Position numbers and translations under genes: made by a program | Notes under the pieces: model-generated | Told to the model about the DNA's origin: nothing | Database searches by the model: none | What the model saw: the letters and a program-made list of their open reading frames with translations, nothing else | Part shown: piece after piece, positions 50,825-61,600 of the stretch | Position numbering within the stretch: the stretch's first letter is position 1 | How the letters are laid out: each line of letters starts with the position of its first letter | Assembly (NCBI GenBank): GCA_965112735.1 | Contig: OZ218953.1 | Coordinates: forward strand, 5,582,048 to 5,646,047 | Length of the DNA stretch: 64,000 nt | Direction: 5' to 3' | DNA from: Phaeosaccion multiseriatum | Taxonomy: Eukaryota; Protista; Ochrophyta, other classes

Positions 50825-53542
50825 GACCGGCACTCCTAGTCCGACACCTCAACGCCCCGTCCTCCTCACCAGCGCGGCCATTGCTCTGACGGCGAGCAGG
50901 GGGAATAGCGCAGCGCCCTTCCTGCCCTTCCTGCCCTTCGGTGTCCTCGCTTCCGCCCCTTTGCTGTGTGTAGACAGGTATCCTCCTGTGCTGCCCCGGC
51001 ATCTGAGCGCCACGCTCCTCTATACGCCTCTCCATACGGTTGCTCCTGCTACTGCTGCTGCTAGTGCTCCTGCCCCCCCTCCGGCTTGCGCCCCCTGCTG
51101 TGGCTCTCCCTGCTCCTCCACCAGTGACTGCCTTCTCCCCACTACCGCTACCTCTCCGCTGAAACGCCAGCGGACGCTCCTGGGCCCCAATCTCCCTCTT
51201 GCGTGCCTCTGTCTTGTGCAGCAGTGGGGTGCGGCCGTTCCACTCGGGTTTCTTGACCCTTCTCTCTGCCTGAAGCTGTCGGAGTCGCTTCATCTCCTCG
51301 CCAATTGTAATCGGTTGCCCCCAGCTTCTCCGCAACGCCTCGACGGTCCCGTTCATCAGCACCACCTTGTCTTTGCTCTTTCCCTTGAGCGCGGAGAGCG
51401 CCTGGCGATGGTCCTCCCTGTCCCTCTTCTCCTTCTCCTGTCTCCGCTGCTTCTTCGACAACTGTTCTTGTTGCGGCGGAAGTTCTTCCTCTTCCTGGTG
51501 TGCAGCGTCCGCACCACTTCGAGTCTGCTGTCCCTCCTCCATACTACTCACTTCACCAAGCTTGCCCAACTTACGGAGATGCTGGGGCAAGACAGGTCCC
51601 TCCCTTTCCTGCAGCCCGTCTCTGTACTTCACATTGACCTGCCCTGAGTCGTCATTGTATACAAAGGACACTTGGGCAGGGGCCCAGACGGAAGTCACGT
51701 GAGGCGCGGAGAGGCGATTGGGCTTCCTCCAGCGACACTCCACCTCCTCGCCCACGGTAAAGCACGTCTGCACCACCTTTTTCGTGTGCAGAACCTCCAG
51801 GGCTAGCCCTTCCAAATGGGACGAGGACACGTGGCCATCTCCTGTTCCTGATGCCCTTCTACCTTCATGCCTTGCGCCATCCCTGCTATTCAGATCCTTT
51901 CTTTTGGCTGGTCCTGCTCCTCCTCCTCCTCCTCCTCCTCCTCCTCCTCCTGGGACTGATCCTGCTCCTACCCCTGCTCCAGCCACTCCACTTCCCCCGA
52001 CGCTACCCGCTTGTGGGTGGGCAGGTCTCTGTCGGCGCCTTCTCCTCACATCTGTGCCCATTCGTGCGTCTGTCTGCAGCAAGCCGTCAAGCTCGCTCAC
52101 CAGTTGTAGGTGGGTGGGTGGCTTGTCAGAGTCGCTGTCGTCGCTTTCGCTGCTCTCACCCGGAAAATGCCCCCGATGCCCGTCCCCCTCCTTGCCTATC
52201 TCTGTCTTTCCTCCCGCTGCCTTCTTCATCCGCTCGCTGCTGCAGACACTGCCCACATCGCCCCGGCCAAGTGCCAGCCCCTGTATCCCTCCCTCTCCGC
52301 TCACAAAGCACTGGTGCCCTGCTGTCTCGAGAAGGTCGTCTGTGCCCTCTCTCCATCGTCCTGCCCGTACCTCGGCCGCATCCAAAGGGAAGTAAGGGTC
52401 CACCGGAGGAAGCCTGCGGTGCGCCTCAGCCATCATCTGGGGGTGTTGCACCCACTTCACACCGCGGTTGTACGTCTCGTACACATGTGAGAAGATTGCC
52501 GGATGTCTTGTTGCGCAACGGAAATGAGACGACGGACGGGGCGAGGGAGAGAGAGGGAGGGAGGGGAGAAATGAGAGAAAGGGAAGGAAAAGAAGGAAAC
52601 TCTTCGAAGTTATGATTCATTGCCTCGCAACTCTCTCTCCTCATCGCTTCAAGCACAAGCCTCTCACCTGCGAAGATGGGTGATAGCGAGACAAGTGGAC
52701 CAACGGCGCGGGGTGACTCCCGGGGGTGGATCCGGCGTGCAGCCCCCCAGAGCCTTTTCAAGTGCTGGACTGGGCTGCCACAGCCCGTTACTACTCTGCA
52801 GCCGACAGAGCTTCACAATGGACGGTGGGACGTAGTCTATGTGGCTGGAGGCTTGGGCTTCTCTCTCCTCTGCCTCAGCTTTGACGGCGCGTTGCAGGTA
52901 CCGCTTCGGATTGACCGTGGACTTTGGTTGTCGGAAAGTAGTCGGATAGGAAAAGAGAGTTGAGAAAGCAGGCGAAAAAAGAAAACAAGAAAGGGGGCAC
53001 ATGAGTTAATGCATGTGACGATGGCTCTCCTCTTTACGCTCTCCTTCCCCTTACCCACGACACACTATACGGATCCCTCTTCCACGTACCAGTTGTCCTT
53101 CCTGAACGGCCAGCTTTGTAGCCCTCGCCCTGAGGAAAGGGTCCAGAATTTGTCTGTCGAAGGTAACCTTAGCCTGTGCCTCGTAAAAGGGGCCCTGCTT
53201 GATCCATTCGTCCTTGCACTCCTTGGACGAAGACTTAAAAGGTCTCCTCTTCTCTTTCCCTTTGCCCGGGCGCCCTCGTCTCTTCGTTCCATTGTTGGCG
53301 GGCAAGTGTGGTGAGCAGCTTTTACCCCGATTCCCTTCTAAAGAGCCGAAGCTCGCCTCGCTGCGGCTGCTACCGCCGATTGCCCCCTCATCGGCACCCT
53401 CGCTGCTGGTGCTACTGCGTCCGCCACTGTGGGAGCTGCTATCGCCGATTCCGCCCTCATTCCCATCCTCACTGCTGGAACTACTGCTTCTACTACTATG
53501 GGAACCCTCCAGGCTTGGCTTCGCGCCTGGCGGAGGACGCAT
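49283..53542 (-). CDS. Uncharacterised protein with a Tudor/Agenet-like domain and a conserved-looking C-terminal helical domain
   Basis: Approximate exons: 53542-53056, ~52930-52667, ~52485-50163, 49868-49650, 49381-49283 (GCADDGEHFRRIRAAEALLLHEATLFGPPSLE*). Tudor-like segment FTVGEEVECRW...WAPAQVSFVYNDDSGQVNVKYRDG. N-terminal LQSSNGLW..ALEKALG..WSTCLAITHLRR. C-terminal TLDVVEAVGKWRE...PFVWGGSNLL...DFL...RDNPF. Confidence 0.6.
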
Positions 53543-53629
53543 AAAAGAAGCAAAACAAGAGGGGACGAGGCGGGAGGTTACGGATGGCACCAGACGGACT
53601 TGGCGACTGCGGATTCGACATGAGGAGAG

Positions 53630-56600
53630 TTGGAAAGGCAGATGGCCGGTTCTGTCCACGTCCGCCTCGTGTGGTGGCTGGAAACGGTACTCTTGGCCCT
53701 GCTACTAACAGGGGAAGCAGGTGTGGTTCTGTTCTCGGTGCAGCCGTCCTCCTGCCTTCGATTTGGGGGAAATCTTGCCCTGTTCACAACGGCCAGCTCG
53801 GTCCAGGCTCAACAGCAGCAGACTCCAGACAGCGGAATAGGCCATGGGACTGGAGACGAGAGGCTTGTGGAAGAGGAAGTTGGGACTCTGCTTCGCAAGG
53901 CGCAGCTGCTTTTGGAAGGAGTGCCGGATGGGGCAGAAGGGGGAGAGCAAGTTGCCAGAGTGGAAGATGTCGTACACGCGATGGAGCTCATGGGCAAAGG
54001 TGAGTCCTGTTCTGCCAGCTTAGACAGACACATCCTAGAGAGGATCTTAGGAGGGGCTTAATGTGGGCATTGGGTGGGGTGCTTACCTCTCACTTGACTA
54101 CCGCTTTCTTTCTCCCCTTCACCTGCCTCCCTTCTCCCCGCCACTTCACCCCTCGTAATGCACTGCACTGTGCGCTCTCATTCTTGCATCTTCCTCTCAG
54201 CCCTCCTGCTCAGCCCAGGCTCTCCCCGGGCGCAGCTCTCCCTTCTGAACCTCCTGTCTGGCGTAGGCGACACGTCCCAGCGCCTGTGGCTGCTGGAGAC
54301 GGCGGTTGACCAGCTCCAGATGCTTTCTCTCCCCTCCCTCGCATCAACCCTGGCGGCCAACCTCGCATCCCTGGAGGACGACGTCCACAGCCCCTCCGCA
54401 GACGCCATGTTCGAGGAGAGTCTCCGCCTCGACCCGGACAACGTAGGCAAGTTGCAGGCAGTTGTTACTCACGCGCCCTCCATACTCCGCTAACCCTGTC
54501 GTCGCGTTGAGAGTCATTCATACCTTGCACTATCACCCGCCAAGAGACTGTGCCCCAACTTTGGAATTATTGGTTTTCTCGGAAGCTTGCAGTATCCCCT
54601 TTGAGCCCTGCGTTGATACATGTGAATGAAGGCACCTTTGCTTACCACCCCACCACCCGGCGTGCGCTCTCTTCTCCTGTCTCGCGAACATGGCAGCGGC
54701 GCTTCTCTTCCACGGAAGCCGCCTGCAGCACTCGAACCGCTTGCCCCAGATGCGCCATCTCTACGCCGAGCACATCCAGCGACGGCCAGACCGCCTCGGA
54801 GTTAGGCTTGTCAACGCAGCAGCGGCGCCTGCCCACTTTGAGTCTTCGGAGGATGTCTTGTCGTGGTACACAGTCGTGCTCCAAGCCATGCAGGACTTCG
54901 TTGGGGAGCTGGAGCTGCAGCAGCAACAGCAGCAGGAGGAGTCGCAGCACCACGAGGAGCACGTGGAGGGGTACGAGAATGAAGCACGTCAAGGATACGA
55001 CCCTGCTATGGAGATTATCAACATGCCGAGCTATCCGTGGCAGTGGATGGGATTCAGCATGCGGCCGCTAATGCAGGTACATGCTTGCTCTTTAGTCCAG
55101 ACTACTGTACCGTCGCCTGGTGAGCGTGCCTGCGGATGTTTGAGAGGGGGGGGGGAGGGTTGAGATGGTGCCTCAAGGGGCTGCATTTGTTTTTCCCTTC
55201 GAGTTTCAGGCAAGAGAGGAGCAAGCACGACGCAGCTTGTGTCCTGCTGGCTTTCTCCCCAGAGCTGGTATACGTGCTTTCCAGACATCGGAGGGGAAGA
55301 GGACGCGGGACATGCTCAAATCTCTCCTTGTGACACGAACAAACAGCCCAAAGCCATCGATACCTTTGCGTTGAACTTCTGCTCTCGCCTTCTCCCTCCC
55401 GTCGCCGACTCTCCTCTCCTTCCCTTTCCTACCCTCACTCAGGCCTTATCTGCCTCTTTGGTTACCTTGGCGCCATCCTTATCGGGAGTAGCCTACGGCT
55501 TGTCCCCTCTCTCGGCGAGCGGCGCCGCTGCTCCTCCTGCCAAGCGCATCCGTCTAGGCGTGGTGTTTGAGAGGCCCACCAACCACTCCCCATTCCGTCT
55601 GCTGGTGCCAGTTTTGGAGAAGCTTGATCGGTCGGCCTTCCAAATCGTTGTGTTTGCTCCGGAGTCGTCGGCGGCAGCAGAGGCGGCGCTGTCGTCATCT
55701 TCGGGCGTCGGGGATGGAGGTGATGATAGAAATGATGATGGGAGCCGAAAGCGTGGCAGTGGGGAGGAGCAGTACGGCCATCACTATCCCCCGGCAGCTG
55801 CGGCGTTGCTTCGCTTGGCGGACGAAGTTGTGTGGCTTGCTCCATCATCAAGCTTCCCGAGCCTGTCGGACACGTGGGCTGCTCGACAAGCCGTCTGCGC
55901 CGCGCGAGTGGACGTGCTGCTCTTCATGGCGCTTGGGAACACCCTCACCACTCAGCTCCTGGCGGTGGGTAGGCTCGCTCCGGTGCAGGTGAGAAAGAGT
56001 GTTTGGCGGGCGGGGGGGTGAGGAAAGAGGCGAGTACGCCCCGGAGGAAACGGGGCACGAAACTGAGGATGTGCGGCGGGGGTGGTGGCGATGTGGGGCG
56101 AGGAGGACATGGGAGCCAGGATCTACACGCACGCACCGGCAAGCGGACAAGCGCTCAACCAAATGAAACTTGTAGCTCTCCCTGCCAAGTCGCAATGCCA
56201 ACCCACTAAACACTAAACACCGTTCCCCCGGCCCTCTCTCCGTAACGCTCTTGCAGATGGGATTCGGCCACGGCCACCCCGTGACGTCAGGCTCTGGCAG
56301 CATAGACTACTTTGTCTCGTCTGATCTGTTCGAGACGCAGTCCTCACTGGCGGCGAGAGAGGAGCGCAGGTGGTGAGCGAGAAGGGATGCCTCGTGACAT
56401 ACCCAAAGTACTTTTTGCCTGACTCAGCTGAGCTGTGAAACACACCACGGGCCATCTCCCTGTCCCGTGAGAAAGGCCGGGGAGGAAATCCTGACACTGC
56501 TCTCTCCTCTCTGTCCTCTCTGCACACTTCCACTGACCCGAAAGGCTCCTGGAGAATGGCGGAGGAAGTCAGCAAGCGCCGCAAGAGCCACCGGCAAATG

Positions 56601-58045
56601 GCGACGGCGCCCAGGACTACACGGAGCAGCTCGTGCTCTTTGATTCTCTCACTGTCGCATGGCCATCTGGAGCCGCCTCTGCTGCGGACTCGCCCTCGTT
56701 GTCTGCTGCGGCTTCTCTACGAGATGGCATTCTACGTGTTCCTGCGAACGCGACGCTGTACCACTGCCTTCAGGCGAGTGTCAAGCTCCACCCGGCCTTC
56801 GACGCGGTACTGAAGGGCATTCTGGAGGCAGATGCGTCTGCCAGGATTCTTCTCCTCAAGGGCAATCAGGTGGGTAAGGAAGGGTCTCTGCCCCTAGTCT
56901 GATGGCATCGAGGAGGGAGTTGAGCAAACTCACGCTAACCTCCTTTTCTCGCCTCTTCATGCACCTGGCCCTGCCTCTTTATCTCCCTTCGCACTGTGCT
57001 ATCGGCAGGCGAACTGGCCTCGCTGGCAGCGCTCGCTGGGCCCGCTCCTGCTGCAGCGCCTCGAGCTCGTAGACTACATGCCCTACAAGGACATGATGGT
57101 GCTGGTGAGTGCTGAGTGGGGGGGGGGGGTAGAGGAGGGGAGACGAGGGGGCGCGGCCAATGTCCCTTACTGACCATGGCCACTCTTGGGGAATGAAGCG
57201 CTGCTACTGGTGTGTTAGAAGTGCTCAGCGGACGGCTTGTCGCAGAGCTCTGGTGCAGAGGCATCAGTCCACACCAACGCTTGCCGCACTCTCCTCCTCC
57301 TCGACCCCATTATTGTCTCTCTGCACTCTCTGCGCTCTCTGCAGGTGGGCGCTTGTGATGTCATGCTGGACACCTTCCCTTGGGGTACGGGGGTGACTGC
57401 TCTGGAGGCCTTCGCCCTGGGTGTGCCCGTCGTCACTCTTCCTTCGAGGTGCGTTGCTCGTCTTTGCAGAGAGACAGGGTGCTCTGTGGGTGGGGCGGGC
57501 ACCACTGTGGACTACACCCCCTCACACAGCCCCTGCTCTTGAGAACGTGAAGGAAAGCTGTTGCTGTAAGATTTTAGTGACTTGGTATACCTCCCTTAGC
57601 TTCTGAACTTCGACTGGCCCCTCGTACAACTCCCTTACTCGACTGGCCTCTACTCCTCTCTTGTACCTTCCACTCTGTCTCTCACAGGGTGTCCGTTCTC
57701 CAGCTGGTGCAAGGCCAAGTGCTGCAGCTGGGAGGGGACGTGCTCACCTCTAGCCTCATCGCTACGGATTTGGACGATTTTGTAGCGAAGGCCGTGCGCT
57801 TGGCCAGGAAGGAAGGACCTGCTCGTGACTTGGTCAGGCGGGAGATCAAGGCTCGGCGGCACCGGCTGTTTGGACTTGATTCTGATTCCGCTGACTCCGA
57901 TTCCATCCATGCTGATTCTGTCGATCCCAGCTTCGGTGGTGACCGGGGTGATGATCGCGGTTCAACTCCTGCAGATGCGGTGGTTCGAGAATGGGAAGGC
58001 TTCCTCAAGAGGACACTGAAATGCGCGCCCGGAGGCTGGGGTTGA
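53630..58045 (+). CDS. Glycosyltransferase family 41 (OGT/SPINDLY/HMW1C-like) protein with an N-terminal signal/TM segment and TPR
   Basis: Motifs: KRIRLGVVF..NHS, VDVLLFMALG..LAVGRLAPVQ|MGFGHGHPVTSGSGSIDYFVSSDLFE, DYTEQLVLF, LYHCLQASVKLHPAFDAVLKGILEAD, DVMLDTFPWGTGVTALEAFALGVPVVTLPS. TPR-like segment FEESLRLDPDNVAALL. Hydrophobic N-terminus. Confidence 0.88.
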
Positions 58046-58143
58046 ATACTTGGGGAGCAAAGCGCCAGGGAGAGAGGCAGTAGAGACGCCATGCAGCACA
58101 GCTTCAGGGGGAGGTGATCGCTGTGTTCCCGTTGGCAACTGGA

Positions 58144-58341
58144 TCCTACCCCCAGTGTCGGCACTGAGCTCACTAGGGTCTCTTGGTATTCTTCGAAGTT
58201 TAGGATATGCATATGCTCATCGCTCCTCCTGTAGATGGTGCCGCTTCGGCCGGACAGAAGAGCGATGAGCATATGCATATCCTAAACTTCGAAGAATACC
58301 AAGAGACCCTAGTGAGCTCAGTGCCGACACTGGGGGTAGGA
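58144..58341. repeat. Perfect 82-bp inverted repeat (arms 58144-58225 and 58260-58341, 34-nt loop)
   Basis: TCCTACCCCCAGTGTCGG...ATGCTCATCGCTC is the exact reverse complement of GAGCGATGAGCAT...CCGACACTGGGGGTAGGA. Confidence 0.97.
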
Positions 58342-58601
58342 GCGCAGGAGGTCGCGGCTGAGTGCCCCCCTCCTGACGTTGGTGCAGAGGCACCAGGTGT
58401 TGACGCCATTGGTGGTCAGCCCCTAACTAATAAAGACCGTGAAGAGTGTGAAGGTGTACCAGATACTATTCAAGGGCCATCAGAGGGACACCCTCCCTCT
58501 GAGGCACGCCGCAGAGAGGTGCTAGGTCCCATTGTGGACAAGGCAATCACTGATCATGATTTCCCTGCGGAGCTGAGAGAGCCAATGATGGAAAGTTTGG
58601 G

Positions 58602-58685
58602 TTAGGGTTAGGGTTAGGGTTAGGGTTAGGGTTAGGGTTAGGGTTAGGGTTAGGGTTAGGGTTAGGGTTAGGGTTAGGGTTAGGG
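58602..58685 (+). repeat. Telomeric repeat (TTAGGG)14
   Basis: 14 perfect TTAGGG units, with the G-rich strand running toward the window end as expected at a right chromosome end. Confidence 0.95.
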
Positions 58686-61600
58686 CCAGGCCAGGCCAGG
58701 CCAGGCCAGGCCAGGCCAGGCCAGGCCAGGCCAGGCCAGGCCAGGCCAGGCCAGGCCAGGCCAGGCCAGGCCAGGCCAGGCCAGGCCAGGCCAGGCCAGG
58801 CCAGGCCAGGCCAGGCCAGGCCAGGCCAGGCCAGGCCAGGCCAGGCCAGGCCAGGCCAGGCCAGGCCAGGCCAGGCCAGGCCAGGCCAGGCCAGGCCAGG
58901 CCAGGCCAGGCCAGGCCAGGCCAGGCCAGGCCAGGCCAGGCCAGGCCAGGCCAGGCCAGGCCAGGCCAGGCCAGGCCAGGCCAGGCCAGGCCAGGCCAGG
59001 CCAGGCCAGGCCAGGCCAGGCCAGGCCAGGCCAGGCCAGGCCAGGCCAGGCCAGGCCAGGCCAGGCCAGGCCAGGCCAGGCCAGGCCAGGCCAGGCCAGG
59101 CCAGGCCAGGCCAGGCCAGGCCAGGCCAGGCCAGGCCAGGCCAGGCCAGGCCAGGCCAGGCCAGGCCAGGCCAGGCCAGGCCAGGCCAGGCCAGGCCAGG
59201 CCAGGCCAGGCCAGGCCAGGCCAGGCCAGGCCAGGCCAGGCCAGGCCAGGCCAGGCCAGGCCAGGCCAGGCCAGGCCAGGCCAGGCCAGGCCAGGCCAGG
59301 CCAGGCCAGGCCAGGCCAGGCCAGGCCAGGCCAGGCCAGGCCAGGCCAGGCCAGGCCAGGCCAGGCCAGGCCAGGCCAGGCCAGGCCAGGCCAGGCCAGG
59401 CCAGGCCAGGCCAGGCCAGGCCAGGCCAGGCCAGGCCAGGCCAGGCCAGGCCAGGCCAGGCCAGGCCAGGCCAGGCCAGGCCAGGCCAGGCCAGGCCAGG
59501 CCAGGCCAGGCCAGGCCAGGCCAGGCCAGGCCAGGCCAGGCCAGGCCAGGCCAGGCCAGGCCAGGCCAGGCCAGGCCAGGCCAGGCCAGGCCAGGCCAGG
59601 CCAGGCCAGGCCAGGCCAGGCCAGGCCAGGCCAGGCCAGGCCAGGCCAGGCCAGGCCAGGCCAGGCCAGGCCAGGCCAGGCCAGGCCAGGCCAGGCCAGG
59701 CCAGGCCAGGCCAGGCCAGGCCAGGCCAGGCCAGGCCAGGCCAGGCCAGGCCAGGCCAGGCCAGGCCAGGCCAGGCCAGGCCAGGCCAGGCCAGGCCAGG
59801 CCAGGCCAGGCCAGGCCAGGCCAGGCCAGGCCAGGCCAGGCCAGGCCAGGCCAGGCCAGGCCAGGCCAGGCCAGGCCAGGCCAGGCCAGGCCAGGCCAGG
59901 CCAGGCCAGGCCAGGCCAGGCCAGGCCAGGCCAGGCCAGGCCAGGCCAGGCCAGGCCAGGCCAGGCCAGGCCAGGCCAGGCCAGGCCAGGCCAGGCCAGG
60001 CCAGGCCAGGCCAGGCCAGGCCAGGCCAGGCCAGGCCAGGCCAGGCCAGGCCAGGCCAGGCCAGGCCAGGCCAGGCCAGGCCAGGCCAGGCCAGGCCAGG
60101 CCAGGCCAGGCCAGGCCAGGCCAGGCCAGGCCAGGCCAGGCCAGGCCAGGCCAGGCCAGGCCAGGCCAGGCCAGGCCAGGCCAGGCCAGGCCAGGCCAGG
60201 CCAGGCCAGGCCAGGCCAGGCCAGGCCAGGCCAGGCCAGGCCAGGCCAGGCCAGGCCAGGCCAGGCCAGGCCAGGCCAGGCCAGGCCAGGCCAGGCCAGG
60301 CCAGGCCAGGCCAGGCCAGGCCAGGCCAGGCCAGGCCAGGCCAGGCCAGGCCAGGCCAGGCCAGGCCAGGCCAGGCCAGGCCAGGCCAGGCCAGGCCAGG
60401 CCAGGCCAGGCCAGGCCAGGCCAGGCCAGGCCAGGCCAGGCCAGGCCAGGCCAGGCCAGGCCAGGCCAGGCCAGGCCAGGCCAGGCCAGGCCAGGCCAGG
60501 CCAGGCCAGGCCAGGCCAGGCCAGGCCAGGCCAGGCCAGGCCAGGCCAGGCCAGGCCAGGCCAGGCCAGGCCAGGCCAGGCCAGGCCAGGCCAGGCCAGG
60601 CCAGGCCAGGCCAGGCCAGGCCAGGCCAGGCCAGGCCAGGCCAGGCCAGGCCAGGCCAGGCCAGGCCAGGCCAGGCCAGGCCAGGCCAGGCCAGGCCAGG
60701 CCAGGCCAGGCCAGGCCAGGCCAGGCCAGGCCAGGCCAGGCCAGGCCAGGCCAGGCCAGGCCAGGCCAGGCCAGGCCAGGCCAGGCCAGGCCAGGCCAGG
60801 CCAGGCCAGGCCAGGCCAGGCCAGGCCAGGCCAGGCCAGGCCAGGCCAGGCCAGGCCAGGCCAGGCCAGGCCAGGCCAGGCCAGGCCAGGCCAGGCCAGG
60901 CCAGGCCAGGCCAGGCCAGGCCAGGCCAGGCCAGGCCAGGCCAGGCCAGGCCAGGCCAGGCCAGGCCAGGCCAGGCCAGGCCAGGCCAGGCCAGGCCAGG
61001 CCAGGCCAGGCCAGGCCAGGCCAGGCCAGGCCAGGCCAGGCCAGGCCAGGCCAGGCCAGGCCAGGCCAGGCCAGGCCAGGCCAGGCCAGGCCAGGCCAGG
61101 CCAGGCCAGGCCAGGCCAGGCCAGGCCAGGCCAGGCCAGGCCAGGCCAGGCCAGGCCAGGCCAGGCCAGGCCAGGCCAGGCCAGGCCAGGCCAGGCCAGG
61201 CCAGGCCAGGCCAGGCCAGGCCAGGCCAGGCCAGGCCAGGCCAGGCCAGGCCAGGCCAGGCCAGGCCAGGCCAGGCCAGGCCAGGCCAGGCCAGGCCAGG
61301 CCAGGCCAGGCCAGGCCAGGCCAGGCCAGGCCAGGCCAGGCCAGGCCAGGCCAGGCCAGGCCAGGCCAGGCCAGGCCAGGCCAGGCCAGGCCAGGCCAGG
61401 CCAGGCCAGGCCAGGCCAGGCCAGGCCAGGCCAGGCCAGGCCAGGCCAGGCCAGGCCAGGCCAGGCCAGGCCAGGCCAGGCCAGGCCAGGCCAGGCCAGG
61501 CCAGGCCAGGCCAGGCCAGGCCAGGCCAGGCCAGGCCAGGCCAGGCCAGGCCAGGCCAGGCCAGGCCAGGCCAGGCCAGGCCAGGCCAGGCCAGGCCAGG

